A DNA stretch of 64,000 bases from an uncultured Candidatus Saccharibacteria bacterium (GCA_965225085.1 CBDDBE010000006.1:35697-99696); one strand, 5' to 3'; shown: positions 35,793 through 45,415, numbered from the stretch's first letter. The notes: generated by a model not told the origin, from the sequence alone. Numbers and translations are program-made.

Positions 35793-36251
35793 ATGTCAAA
35801 AAGTATCAACCAAGTTATTCTGATGGGCAATCTGACGCGTGATCCGGAACTGCGCACAACGCCGAGCGGCCAAAGTGTTTGTAGCTTTTCGCTCGCAGTT
35901 AATCGTAGCTGGCAGGGCCAGGATGGCACTCAACAGGACGCAGTTGATTACTTTGACATTACCGCCTGGGGCAAGCTCGGTGAACTAGTCAACCAATACC
36001 TGAGTAAGGGCCGCAAGTGCCTGGTACAGGGCCGTTTGAGCCAGCGCAGCTGGGACCAGGATGGTCAGAAGCGCAGCAAGGTTGAGGTGGTCGCGAGCGA
36101 CGTCACCTTCCTGGACGGTGGTGGCGCCGGCAACGATGGCGGCTCACCAGCTCCTCGTAGCAGCGCTCCAAAGCGCAGCAGCAAGAGCGACGAGCCAGCA
36201 GTCGAGGACATCGACGACAAGCCGATCGACCTCAGCGAGATTCCTTTTTAG
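35793..36251 (+). CDS. ssb: single-stranded DNA-binding protein
   Basis: OB-fold N-terminus INQVILMGNLTRDPELRTTPSG, a Gly/Ser-rich linker, and the acidic tip DDKPIDLSEIPF. Confidence 0.93.
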   Translation: MSKSINQVILMGNLTRDPELRTTPSGQSVCSFSLAVNRSWQGQDGTQQDAVDYFDITAWGKLGELVNQYLSKGRKCLVQGRLSQRSWDQDGQKRSKVEVVASDVTFLDGGGAGNDGGSPAPRSSAPKRSSKSDEPAVEDIDDKPIDLSEIPF

Positions 36252-36324
36252 TAGATTTTTAGAACGGGTACGATTAGCTGGTATACCCTGTGATCAACCC
36301 TTCGCATAATTTTTAGGAGATACT

Positions 36325-36528
36325 ATGTTAAAGAACAAGCGATTCAAGAACGATGTGTCGTACTTTGACTACAAAGATGTCAAGGTACTGCAGCGTTATG
36401 TGAACGGCTATGGCGAGATTGAGCCACAAGCCAAGACTGGCCTGAGCGCCAAACAGCAACGACAGCTTGCGACTGCTATTAAACGGGCGCGGCATTTGGC
36501 GCTGTTACCTTTTGTAGCCACGAACTAG
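36325..36528 (+). CDS. rpsR: 30S ribosomal protein S18
   Basis: 67 aa. [49 protein letters not shown]. Confidence 0.93.
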   Translation: MLKNKRFKNDVSYFDYKDVKVLQRYVNGYGEIEPQAKTGLSAKQQRQLATAIKRARHLALLPFVATN

Positions 36529-36673
36529 AGCGGCCCTCCTGTGCGGCGCACTGCGGCGTTAGGTCTTTGCGATCCTCACTTGTGGTATGTTAGATACCGC
36601 TCGCTCCGGTTCGCAGATCTGCCTTGCAGTGCATCCACCTAGGAATCCTGTCGAGTAAAGGAGAACTTATAAT

Positions 36674-37237
36674 ATGTACGGTGTAACAGATCTGAAAAAA
36701 GGTACGCTTATTACCCTGGACGGCAAGCCGTACCGGGTTGTTGATTATAATCAAAAGGTGATGGGGCGCGGCGGTTCGATCGTGAATGTTCGCGTAAAGA
36801 ACTTGCTGGACGGCAGCGTAATTCCCAAGACCTTCAAAGGCGCCGAGAAGATCGAACCAGCCCAAGTAGACACTCGCACGGTCCAGTTTCTGTACAAGGA
36901 CGGCGACAGCTATAACTTTATGGATGGCACGACGTTTGAACAGTTTGAGCTGAGTAGCGATGTCGTCGGTGACGCGGCCATCTACCTGAAGGAAGGCAAC
37001 GACGTATCGCTGCAGTCCTACGAGGATCGAGTGATCAATGTTGAGCTGCCGAATAACCTCTTCCTCGAGGTGACATATACCGAAAACGTAGTAAAGGGCG
37101 ACACAACCAGCAGCGTACTGAAAGACGCAACGCTCGAGACTGGATTGGTCGTGAAAGTGCCGTCATTTATCAAGATTGGTGATGTGGTGAAGGTAGATAC
37201 ACGCACCGGCGAGTATCTGGAACGCAAGAAAGATTAG
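36674..37237 (+). CDS. efp: elongation factor P (Arg32 type)
   Basis: 187 aa, colinear with EF-P over its full length. The loop that carries Lys34 in E. coli reads KVMGRGGSIV here, so the tip residue is Arg32. Confidence 0.95.
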   Translation: MYGVTDLKKGTLITLDGKPYRVVDYNQKVMGRGGSIVNVRVKNLLDGSVIPKTFKGAEKIEPAQVDTRTVQFLYKDGDSYNFMDGTTFEQFELSSDVVGDAAIYLKEGNDVSLQSYEDRVINVELPNNLFLEVTYTENVVKGDTTSSVLKDATLETGLVVKVPSFIKIGDVVKVDTRTGEYLERKKD

Positions 37238-37260
37238 TTCAAAGAGTCTAAAAATGGTTC

Positions 37261-37292
37261 AGGGCGGCCCGCGATTGCAGGCCGCCCTTTGT
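37261..37292. terminator. hairpin terminator between efp and orphan E
   Basis: AGGGCGGCC / GGCCGCCCT 9-bp stem followed by TTTGTG. Confidence 0.7.
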
Positions 37293-37299
37293 GCTGGCG

Positions 37300-37788
37300 T
37301 TAGTCCCAGAAGCTCGACCAGATTTCGTAGTCCAGGATGCTGTTGGCGACATCGCCTGCGAAATTGAACACGGCGCCGAGCCCCCTGAGGATCAGCTCAC
37401 CACCTCCTGACCAGTCGTGAGCTCTGGCCCGACGTGCTCTCCCGCGAGGTGCGGCCGGGGAGATGTGGTCTCCGCCGGTGATCTGGGCGTAGGTCGACTG
37501 GAACTGCTCGAACGCACCGGTCGCCGATAGTGGTTTGCCGCTCGGGTCGACGCGCTTCAGGTGGAGGTCCATGTGATCACCGTAGGTGATGGTGCAGCTC
37601 ACGATGGCGCCTGCTTGGAAGAGCGCCCTGATGAGCGTTCGCGGCCCTTCCTGGATGTCCGGGCGAGCCGCCAGCTGCTGGTTGTAATTGCTGGCCGTGG
37701 CATCGAACCGGTCCATACCTGCGCGTGCCGGTGCTGGCATTCTGAGCTGGTAGTCGCTGTAGGTTACCTTCGGGTCGCTTCGTCGCAT
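37300..37788 (-). CDS. hypothetical protein (orphan E)
   Basis: Start taken at ATG 37788 (MRRSDPKVTYSDYQL...), 162 aa. The track ORF extends to 37902, but that would cover the tlyA promoter. No family recognised. Confidence 0.45.
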   Translation of the reverse strand: MRRSDPKVTYSDYQLRMPAPARAGMDRFDATASNYNQQLAARPDIQEGPRTLIRALFQAGAIVSCTITYGDHMDLHLKRVDPSGKPLSATGAFEQFQSTYAQITGGDHISPAAPRGRARRARAHDWSGGGELILRGLGAVFNFAGDVANSILDYEIWSSFWD

Positions 37789-37901
37789 GGTTTCATCCTT
37801 TCGGATTGGGAACACTAGAGTATACGGTAACACTTTTGTATGATTGTTGCAATGCACTAACGATGTTGGATATCCGCCATCTTTATCGTATACTGTCAAC
37901 A

Positions 37902-38633
37902 ATGACTAAATTTCGTCTCGATCAACTCCTTGTTCAGAAAGGCCTTGTGCCCAGCCGCTCTCAGGCCGAGAGCTGGATAAAGTTGGGAAAGGTACTGGTG
38001 GATGGCGTGGTGATGACCAAGCCAGGGTACTTTCTGGCCGCCGATGCCAAGGTAAGACTGAAGGCTCAGGAAAAATATGTGTCACGCGCTGGTCTTAAAT
38101 TGGCTAGCGTGGCAGAGCTGCTTCATCTGGACTTCCAGGGTAAAGTCGTGCTGGACGTTGGATCAAGTACCGGGGGTTTTACAGACTACGCCCTGCGGCA
38201 TGGCGCACGCAAGGTGATCGCCGTGGATGTCGGGACTAATCAGCTTCATCAGTCGCTGCTCGGAAATCCGAAGATTGAACTTCATGAGCAGACCGACATA
38301 CGCCGTATCGACGAGCTAAGCGACGCGCCAGATATCGTAGTTATTGATGTGAGCTTCATCAGCCTGCGCGAAGTCCTGCCACATATTGCAACGCTGTGTA
38401 CCCCTCGCACCCAGATTGCGGCTATGGTAAAACCGCAGTTTGAGGCCGGGAACAGTTCCAAACACAAAGGTGTGATCAAAAATGATTCGATGCGGCGCGA
38501 TATCCTGAAGGATTTCGAAGCTTGGGCAAAGAATGTGTTCGCTGTGCACGACAAGGCAGACAGCCAGGTGGCTGGCAGCAAAGGGAACCTCGAGCGATTC
38601 TACTTGCTTACACCTCTGAAGCGCCAAGCCTAA
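37902..38633 (+). CDS. tlyA: TlyA-family rRNA (cytidine-2'-O)-methyltransferase
   Basis: S4-like N-terminus MTKFRLDQLLVQKGLVPSRSQAESWIKLGKVLVDG, then the FtsJ-type SAM site VVLDVGSSTGGFTDYAL. TATACT ends 7 nt before the ATG (leaderless-type). Confidence 0.88.
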   Translation: MTKFRLDQLLVQKGLVPSRSQAESWIKLGKVLVDGVVMTKPGYFLAADAKVRLKAQEKYVSRAGLKLASVAELLHLDFQGKVVLDVGSSTGGFTDYALRHGARKVIAVDVGTNQLHQSLLGNPKIELHEQTDIRRIDELSDAPDIVVIDVSFISLREVLPHIATLCTPRTQIAAMVKPQFEAGNSSKHKGVIKNDSMRRDILKDFEAWAKNVFAVHDKADSQVAGSKGNLERFYLLTPLKRQA

Positions 38634-39096
38634 ACGCCTGCATAACGCGTCGCTTGGCAATATCGCCATCTGGGAACATGTCGACCAGCGTAATGGTGCT
38701 GATGCGCACCGGATCGCCGGCATGCACGCGGCCATCGGCCTGGACCGTGACGTGCGGTTTGTAGCCATCCTCCAGATAGTGCGGTTCGTCGAACACGCCG
38801 TGGCAGTTGCGGATGAGCGCAACGGTTTGATTGTGCAGCGACGCCAGTTCGGGTGTGCGCATCAGGCGGGTAACGTGCACTTGTCTCTCGGGGCCAAAAT
38901 AATCGTCCTCGGTCGCGATAGTCTGAAGCGGTTGATGCTGGGCAAAGAGAGTAGTGAGCTTATTTGGCAATTGTGACCCCGAAAGGTCGAGGGCAAAGTT
39001 GGCCACCAGCGTCGTATGGAGCGGCCAATGACCAACCATAAATTCTGCGCCATTGTCGATAGGTTTTAGGAAGCTGACGAGTACGTATTTTTGCAT
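38608..39096 (-). CDS. 2H phosphoesterase superfamily protein (LigT-like)
   Basis: 162 aa with two HxT/S motifs: PLHTTLV and KPHVTVQ. Its 3' end overlaps the tlyA 3' end by 26 nt. Confidence 0.65.
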   Translation of the reverse strand: MQKYVLVSFLKPIDNGAEFMVGHWPLHTTLVANFALDLSGSQLPNKLTTLFAQHQPLQTIATEDDYFGPERQVHVTRLMRTPELASLHNQTVALIRNCHGVFDEPHYLEDGYKPHVTVQADGRVHAGDPVRISTITLVDMFPDGDIAKRRVMQAFRLGASEV

Positions 39097-39108
39097 GGGT
39101 TGTCCTTT

Positions 39109-40002
39109 TTAAAATAAGCTAGTTTGATGCGGAGCGGCGTCGTTTTTTGCTGCGTCATAGCCGAGGGTGCAGTTATGCCCGGTGAGTTTGCTCAGCGGCA
39201 AGGTATACTGCAGATCGTTCTGCTCCACGATGAGGACCGAGCCGATCATCCCGATACAGTTTCCAGAAATGTGGTCGTTGGTGACGATGTCTACGAGATC
39301 TTGGGGGCGCAGCATGTTGGTGCCGAGGTAGTGCGAATCCAGGTGGATGGGCGTAGCTCCATCGGCTTTCACGCCAATTTCGTGCGTCAATCTGTCGCGC
39401 GCGGTCGTCAGCTCTGCCGCACCAGCAACTGCATCGTAGGGCCGTTTGAGGTACTGATGTTTCTGGCGGACTTGCAACGTCTCGGCAATGCCTGGCAGGG
39501 CGGCTGCCTTGGCTTCGTATTGGCGAGCGATGTCGGCGGTGGGGTAGGTGTTCAGGACGAGGGCACTTCGTGCACCTTGGTCGAGGAGCCGGCGAATGCC
39601 GCGTCCGGCCCAGCTGATGCCAACCTTGACCACGCCAGGTGCAAAATGCGCCAGATACAGGATATGCGGCTCGGCGTTCCGTGCTTGCTGTTGCTCGGAG
39701 ACGGATGCGGCGTTGTAAAATGCCGGGTTGAAGCCCGTCTTCTGCTGACAGTGTCGGCATTGGTCGTACTGGCCAGGTAGTTCGGCGTTATCGGGGCAGG
39801 GGAAGCTTTGCCCAGTCGCAAGGTCGTGCCATCCACCGCAGTATCGCTGGTCGGTATCGAACCTGAGTGTGAACAGTTCGTCCCGTGGTTCGAAGTGCGC
39901 AAAGCCATCGCCATTTTCTGGCAGCAAACTTAGCTGCGGCTGGTGGTCTGGGCCATAGCCGTAATGCACAAATAAATAATTTCCTTCAGGTAGTTTGGCC
40001 AC
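39109..40002 (-). CDS. DUF2797-like protein
   Basis: 297 aa. Cys cluster CPDN...CRHCQQK followed by HILYLAHFAPGVVKVGISWAGRGIRRLLDQGA, as I recall for the DUF2797 family. Assignment from memory only. Confidence 0.55.
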   Translation of the reverse strand: MAKLPEGNYLFVHYGYGPDHQPQLSLLPENGDGFAHFEPRDELFTLRFDTDQRYCGGWHDLATGQSFPCPDNAELPGQYDQCRHCQQKTGFNPAFYNAASVSEQQQARNAEPHILYLAHFAPGVVKVGISWAGRGIRRLLDQGARSALVLNTYPTADIARQYEAKAAALPGIAETLQVRQKHQYLKRPYDAVAGAAELTTARDRLTHEIGVKADGATPIHLDSHYLGTNMLRPQDLVDIVTNDHISGNCIGMIGSVLIVEQNDLQYTLPLSKLTGHNCTLGYDAAKNDAAPHQTSLF

Positions 40003-40016
40003 GAGACAATTATACG

Positions 40017-41096
40017 TTATTTGCTGACGTTGAATCGGAATTCGACGACGTCGTTGGGCTGCATGACATAGCTTTTGCCCTCGGTACGCATTTTGCCAGC
40101 AGCTTTTGCCGCGGCTTCGGACCCAGCGGCGATCAGGTCAAAATAGTCGACAATTTGTGCGGCGATAAATCCACGTTCGAAATCGCCGTGGATGACACCA
40201 GCGGCTTGGGGCGCAGTGGAGCCTTTGGTAATGGTCCAGGCACGAACTTCGGTTTGACCAGCGGTGAGATAGCTCTGGAGCCCCAAAATATCGTACGCAG
40301 CATGGATGAGTTGCTCTAGTCCAGACTCTGTTTGGCCGTATGTTTCGAGTAGCTCGCGGGCGTCAGCAGTGTCGAGCGATTGTAGCTCGTGCTCCAATTG
40401 GGCGTTCACGAACAGTGACTGGCTCGGCGCGACTAGCGCTGTGAGCTCCTTCTGGCGAGCATCGTCGTTCAGGTCGGCCTCGTCCACGTTGAACACATAA
40501 ATAAATGGTTTGGCCGTCAGCAGGTGAAGGTCGCGAATCGCGTCAGGGTCGACATCAGTCGTGCTGATAAGCTTGCCTTCGTTCAGATAGGCGAGGGCTT
40601 TCTCTAGCTCGGTCACAATCGGTCGCATTTTAGCATCGGCTTTGGCTTGCTTTTGCGCTGCGCTGAGGCGTTTCTCGACAGTTTGAATATCGGCCAGAAT
40701 CAGCTCGGTGTTGATGATCTCGATATCGTCCCGAGGGTCGACACGGTTGGCGACGTGTAAGATGTCGTCGTTGTGGAAAGCGCGGACCACCTGGGCGATG
40801 GCGTTACACTCGCGAATGTTGGCCAGGAACTGATTGCCCAGGCCTTCGCCCTTGCTCGCACCGGCAACCAGTCCGGCGATGTCCACGAAGGTGACTGTTG
40901 CGGGAACAATTTTGTTACTCGAATATAGTTTGGCTAATGTGTCGAGGCGCTCATCCGGAACGGGAACGATGCCGGTATTCGGCTCAATCGTCGCGAAAGG
41001 ATAGTTGGCCGCCAAAATATCGCTGTCGGTCAGCGCGTTAAAAAGGGTAGATTTGCCGACATTTGGCAGGCCGACGATGCCGATGGATAGACTCAT
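40017..41096 (-). CDS. ychF: ribosome-binding ATPase YchF
   Basis: MSLSIGIVGLPNVGKSTLFNALT G1 motif, a coiled-coil insert, and a C-terminal TGS-like domain ending ...VVEFRFNVSK. Confidence 0.95.
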   Translation of the reverse strand: MSLSIGIVGLPNVGKSTLFNALTDSDILAANYPFATIEPNTGIVPVPDERLDTLAKLYSSNKIVPATVTFVDIAGLVAGASKGEGLGNQFLANIRECNAIAQVVRAFHNDDILHVANRVDPRDDIEIINTELILADIQTVEKRLSAAQKQAKADAKMRPIVTELEKALAYLNEGKLISTTDVDPDAIRDLHLLTAKPFIYVFNVDEADLNDDARQKELTALVAPSQSLFVNAQLEHELQSLDTADARELLETYGQTESGLEQLIHAAYDILGLQSYLTAGQTEVRAWTITKGSTAPQAAGVIHGDFERGFIAAQIVDYFDLIAAGSEAAAKAAGKMRTEGKSYVMQPNDVVEFRFNVSK

Positions 41097-41173
41097 ATGT
41101 TTTAGTATACCAGATGAGTGGACAAGAATATAACAGTATGGTTTAATGTTAACGACAAGTCAGCTCTATATCT

Positions 41174-41611
41174 ATGGAGGACGTTGTGAGGTCTCCGAGC
41201 GTTAACGACCCTTCGCTTCTGCTGTTGCAGGCTAACCGTCGGGTGTTGAGTGACGCTGAGCTCGATGAACTGTCGAGTCGCATAAGCCCGCTCGTGCGAG
41301 AGGGGGATGACCTGTATCGCATTGAACCGGTTGAACCGCGTCATGTGTCGTTCATCTGGGATCCGCAGTTTGTTGACAAGATGGAGGCGTGGCAGCCGAT
41401 TGGCCGGATCCAAACGTTGCACTCGCTTGACCATGGAGGCCGCTTCAAGCCAACGATCGCTGAAGTGTTGTGCATGATTCCGGAAGAACTCATGTCTGAG
41501 GTTACCGCCTTTGAGGTCTTTGGGCCTGAAGACGCGGCGGACTTGCGCCGTCAACGGCCGGCTATCCAAGCTGGCTTCCATGTAGCCACGACCATTCTGT
41601 ATGGCGTCTAG
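41174..41611 (+). CDS. hypothetical protein (orphan F)
   Basis: 145 aa. An alternative GTG start at 41186 follows GGAGGA. Preferred over the antisense 159-aa ORF on the look of the amino-acid composition. No family recognised. Confidence 0.45.
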   Translation: MEDVVRSPSVNDPSLLLLQANRRVLSDAELDELSSRISPLVREGDDLYRIEPVEPRHVSFIWDPQFVDKMEAWQPIGRIQTLHSLDHGGRFKPTIAEVLCMIPEELMSEVTAFEVFGPEDAADLRRQRPAIQAGFHVATTILYGV

Positions 41612-41671
41612 TCATTCGCCGCGTGTTCGTTGATACGGCAAGCGGCATAGAGCTGCTTGTCGTATAAAGAT

Positions 41672-42574
41672 TTATTTATTCAACTGATGCCCGCCAAACT
41701 TATTCCGCATGGCGGCGAGGAGTTTGGTGGCGAAGCTGACGTCGCCTTTCTGGCTGGCGATGCGGACGTCGAAGCTGGTCTGGATGGCGGGGAGGGGGAT
41801 GCCGCGCTCCTGGGCGACCTCGAGTGTCCAGCGGGCTTCGCCGGATTCTGCGACGAAGCCATCGATGCCATCAAGCGAAGGGTTCTCGCGCAGGGCGTCA
41901 CGGCTGAGCTCGTTCAGCCAAGAGGTGACAACACTGTGGTGCTGCCAGACATCGCCAGCCGCAGCTAGATCCAGCGAGTCAAATGGTCCTTCCTTCAGCA
42001 TTCGGTACCCTTCAGCGAGCGATTCCATCATGCCGTATTCGATGGCGTTGTGGACCATCTTGACGTAGTGGCCGGCGCCGTTGGGGCCAAAGTGATGATA
42101 TGCGCCTTCCGGCAGGGCAAGGGTCTTGATAGCCGGCTCGGCCACAGCAAAAGCCTCGTCGTGTCCACCGACCATCATGGAGAAGCCGTTCTGATAGCCC
42201 CAGACTCCGCCGGATGTGCCGATGTCTAGCAGGGTGCAGCCCTTTGCCGCGACGCGTTCGGCGCGTGCTGCGTCATGTCTAAAGTCCGAATTACCCCCGT
42301 CAATGATGACACTACCCTCGGGCACAATGGCCAGCCATTCATCGATTTGCTGTTCTATGACTTCTGCCGGGATCATTATCCACAGTACCAGCCGCTCGTT
42401 GTGGAAAGCGTCAACAACGTCTTGTTTCTCGTATGCCGCAAGAGCGCCGTAACCGATGGCTTCGTCTATCGGTCCGCGGCTGCGATTGTGGGCGATGACC
42501 TCATGTCCGCCCTCGGCGAGTTTGCGCGCAATTTGCATACCCATTCGGCCTAGTCCAGCAACAGCAATCTTCAT
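41672..42574 (-). CDS. gnd: 6-phosphogluconate dehydrogenase, short (~300 aa) decarboxylating type
   Basis: Rossmann N-terminus MKIAVAGLGRMGMQIARKL, GNSDF, GTSGGVWG, and GAGHYVKMVHNAIEYGMM. Confidence 0.87.
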   Translation of the reverse strand: MKIAVAGLGRMGMQIARKLAEGGHEVIAHNRSRGPIDEAIGYGALAAYEKQDVVDAFHNERLVLWIMIPAEVIEQQIDEWLAIVPEGSVIIDGGNSDFRHDAARAERVAAKGCTLLDIGTSGGVWGYQNGFSMMVGGHDEAFAVAEPAIKTLALPEGAYHHFGPNGAGHYVKMVHNAIEYGMMESLAEGYRMLKEGPFDSLDLAAAGDVWQHHSVVTSWLNELSRDALRENPSLDGIDGFVAESGEARWTLEVAQERGIPLPAIQTSFDVRIASQKGDVSFATKLLAAMRNKFGGHQLNK

Positions 42575-42669
42575 GTCGTCCTCCGTGATTTATGTTCTTA
42601 TTTTACATCACTTGCACCGGATACCGGATTTGGTTATGCTTAGGAATAAAGAAAGCAGCAGAGTGCATC

Positions 42670-43209
42670 ATGCCGAAACCATCGAAGTTTTCGCTTAAGG
42701 GGAAAAAGAAACAAGTTTTGATCGCTGGAGGCGTGGTATTGCTCGTGGCGGCAGCTGGCGGCGCGGGAGTACTGATGCAGTGGCTTCAGCACAAGGCCCC
42801 GTCCAACCCGGCGGCGGCAACCGCAACAGATACATTGCCGGATGCTGTACAAAAAGCCCGTGACTTGGCCGCAGCCAAGAATTTTAGTGAATCCAACAAG
42901 CAACTTTCGGCAGGCATCGCAGCTACCAGCAACAATGACGAGAAGTTCGAGCTTTACTTGCAGCAAGGTGTAAATGCCGAAAATCAAAAGAAATACGACG
43001 ATGCGCTGACATCATACAAAAACGCCGAAGCCATCAAGCAAACCTGGCCACTCTATGTCAGCCTGGGTCGAACCAGCGAAGAAAAGGGCGACAAGGCTGC
43101 TGCACTTTCATACTACAAGAAAGCGCTACCCTTGATCCCGTCCGACGATCCGCTTATCACTGCCGATACGAACGAGTTGAAGGCTAAGATAACAGAGTTG
43201 GGTGGATAG
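42670..43209 (+). CDS. membrane-anchored TPR-repeat protein
   Basis: Start at ATG 42670 (MPKPSKFSLKGKKK + TM helix). TPR-like repeats follow (YDDALTSYKNAEAI..., KAAALSYYKKALPL). Confidence 0.68.
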   Translation: MPKPSKFSLKGKKKQVLIAGGVVLLVAAAGGAGVLMQWLQHKAPSNPAAATATDTLPDAVQKARDLAAAKNFSESNKQLSAGIAATSNNDEKFELYLQQGVNAENQKKYDDALTSYKNAEAIKQTWPLYVSLGRTSEEKGDKAAALSYYKKALPLIPSDDPLITADTNELKAKITELGG

Positions 43210-43211
43210 AT

Positions 43212-45398
43212 ATGAACAGAAAGCTCAAAGTAGGCCTGCTGTGTTTTGCCATGGCGTTGTCGTTTGGAACGGGCTATTCGGGAACGGCGCATGCCTGGCC
43301 CGTCGACGGCCGCAATGAGTTCTATGGCTATTTCAAAGATAGGTACGACGCCTGGGGTGACAACGTGTGGCACATTAACGGTGCGGGGCAATATGCTATC
43401 CCGACGTCTATCAACAATGCCGACGCATTTATTAATTTTGTACTGGCTAAACTGTCGCGCGGCACAAATACACAGGACGGCGTAGGCGCTTCGTTCATCA
43501 TCCAGACGATGATCGGTTCGAGCTACAATTTACCGCCAACTGGTGCAGAGATAGCCGATTGGGAATCGCGTGTGCGATATGCGGATTCACAAGGGTGGGT
43601 ATCGTGGGATACGATCGTAAGTTACCAGCTCAATAGTATGTATCAGGGGCCGTGTGGCGGATACGATTGTAATAATTCGGGTGTAAACCCAACAGATGAC
43701 ACGTTTTATAATAAGGGCATCACCAGGTCTGGCATCGGTATCATCTTCCGTAACGGTAGCGGTGGAGTGGCGTACGAGCTGGAATATTCATGTGCCAACC
43801 CAGTCGGCGTTGTGTCGCCGTTGCAGCGCCAGCCCCAATACTCGATCGGCGGCTCGTCGTTCGTGTCGTCAACGGGGGTGGTTCCGGGGCAGACCGTTAC
43901 ATTCTGGCACAATTTGACTAACTTCGGTCCGGACATTGCGCCAAGCGTGGGCTATGGAGTTTACAACCAATACGGCGGCTGGGTGGCAGGTGGCGGACCG
44001 TTCCCATTGTGGCCAGGGACGCTGACGGTTAATGCTAATAATATTACGGTTCCGAACAACTCCTTACCGGGAACACAGTTCTGCCAGTACATTAATTATT
44101 CTCCGCTAAATCAAGATGGGTGGTCCGGCAATAGCGGGCAGGTGTGTGCCACGGTCATAAACGATTTCCATTTGTCGCCGATTGTGACGGCCAGTTCAAC
44201 TGCGGCGCAGGCGAATGATACCGTTACGTTTAACTATTCGGTATTTAATTCCGGACCGACACCGTCGACCGCTGTGACGTGCAAGGCTGTCGGCGGGACG
44301 CACACGCCAGGCTACACGCCCCTTCCTGCACAGGATGTCGATCGTAACCCCGATTTGCTGCTGCCGCTGGGCTGTCCGCGTAATTTTTACATTGGATCCA
44401 CGTATTTGTACACGGAATCGGTTAATGTGGGCAATCTAAAACCAGGATCACGCATCTGCCGTTCACTGGTTGTCGACCCAAGGGATCAATTTGGTGGGGC
44501 ACGCTCCAGTGCAGAGGCCTGTGCGGTCATCGCCAAGACGCCATATGCGTATTTCCTAGGCAATGATGTATGGGCTGGCGGAGGATTTGCCGATATCAAC
44601 CCGGCATGTAATGCATCGTCCAAGATAACAACTAGCGCGCATCTTTTGCAGAATGGCACCGTTGCGGGTTCACTCACCGAATACGCGGCATTTGCGCTTG
44701 GCAAGATCACAAACTTTGGTTCAGCCGGCAAGGCGATCGTGGACCCGGCAGCTGCGACGGGCAAAATGCTGACATTTAGTAACACTGTGCCAACTAACCT
44801 CGGTTACTATGGCGCACCGCAGCATTGTATCAACAGCTACATCAGCACCTATAACACGACGCCTATTACGGCGCAGCCCGGGACTATTGATGTAAACCAA
44901 GGGAGTGGTACACACCAGATCAACGGTGCGCATACGTTCCACGGTAATGTACCAAATGGTTCACAGCAGATTTGGCTGGTGAATGGCGACGTGACGATCG
45001 ATGGCGACATCAAATATTCCAACAGCTATAACGCGCTGAGCGACATTCCGTCTCTGATTATCATTTCCACCGGCAATATTCTGGTGAAGGGCGGCGTCGT
45101 GCAAATGGACGGGCTATACGTAGCAAAGAATACCTTTAATACCTGTAGTGATGCGCCGTCAGGCAATCTCAGCGTTAACGATTGCAACAAGCAGCTTAAT
45201 GTAAATGGTGGCGTTATAGTGGGCAGTCTATCGCTATTACGGACCTACGGTGCAGACGGTAATACCGACACCACTCGTAAGGTTCCTGGTGAGCAGTTTA
45301 ACTTTAACGCCGAGATGTATCTGAATAGCGCGCTCAAGAATACGGGCTCGACGACCTTGCGAACGGTCGATCAGAAAGATTTGCCACCACGCTACTAG
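43212..45398 (+). CDS. large secreted multidomain protein with CARDB-like Ig repeats, directly upstream of the pilus genes
   Basis: 728 aa. Signal peptide MNRKLKVGLLCFAMALSFGTGYSGTAHA. Two CARDB-like segments (PGQTVTFWHNLTNFGPDIAP; ANDTVTFNYSVFNSGPTPST). The C-terminal region has a beta-helix-like feel (VNGDVTIDGDIKYS...ISTGNILVKGGVVQMDGLYV). Confidence 0.72.
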   Translation: MNRKLKVGLLCFAMALSFGTGYSGTAHAWPVDGRNEFYGYFKDRYDAWGDNVWHINGAGQYAIPTSINNADAFINFVLAKLSRGTNTQDGVGASFIIQTMIGSSYNLPPTGAEIADWESRVRYADSQGWVSWDTIVSYQLNSMYQGPCGGYDCNNSGVNPTDDTFYNKGITRSGIGIIFRNGSGGVAYELEYSCANPVGVVSPLQRQPQYSIGGSSFVSSTGVVPGQTVTFWHNLTNFGPDIAPSVGYGVYNQYGGWVAGGGPFPLWPGTLTVNANNITVPNNSLPGTQFCQYINYSPLNQDGWSGNSGQVCATVINDFHLSPIVTASSTAAQANDTVTFNYSVFNSGPTPSTAVTCKAVGGTHTPGYTPLPAQDVDRNPDLLLPLGCPRNFYIGSTYLYTESVNVGNLKPGSRICRSLVVDPRDQFGGARSSAEACAVIAKTPYAYFLGNDVWAGGGFADINPACNASSKITTSAHLLQNGTVAGSLTEYAAFALGKITNFGSAGKAIVDPAAATGKMLTFSNTVPTNLGYYGAPQHCINSYISTYNTTPITAQPGTIDVNQGSGTHQINGAHTFHGNVPNGSQQIWLVNGDVTIDGDIKYSNSYNALSDIPSLIIISTGNILVKGGVVQMDGLYVAKNTFNTCSDAPSGNLSVNDCNKQLNVNGGVIVGSLSLLRTYGADGNTDTTRKVPGEQFNFNAEMYLNSALKNTGSTTLRTVDQKDLPPRY

Positions 45399-45415
45399 CT
45401 TAACTAAAGTAGCTG

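Noticed and set aside
41102-41581. 159-aa minus-strand ORF competing with orphan F
   Set aside because: It would directly abut the start region of ychF, and its sequence is Arg/His/Leu-rich and looks like a shadow frame. The plus-strand frame has a possible GGAGGA-GTG start and a more balanced composition. This is a low-confidence decision.
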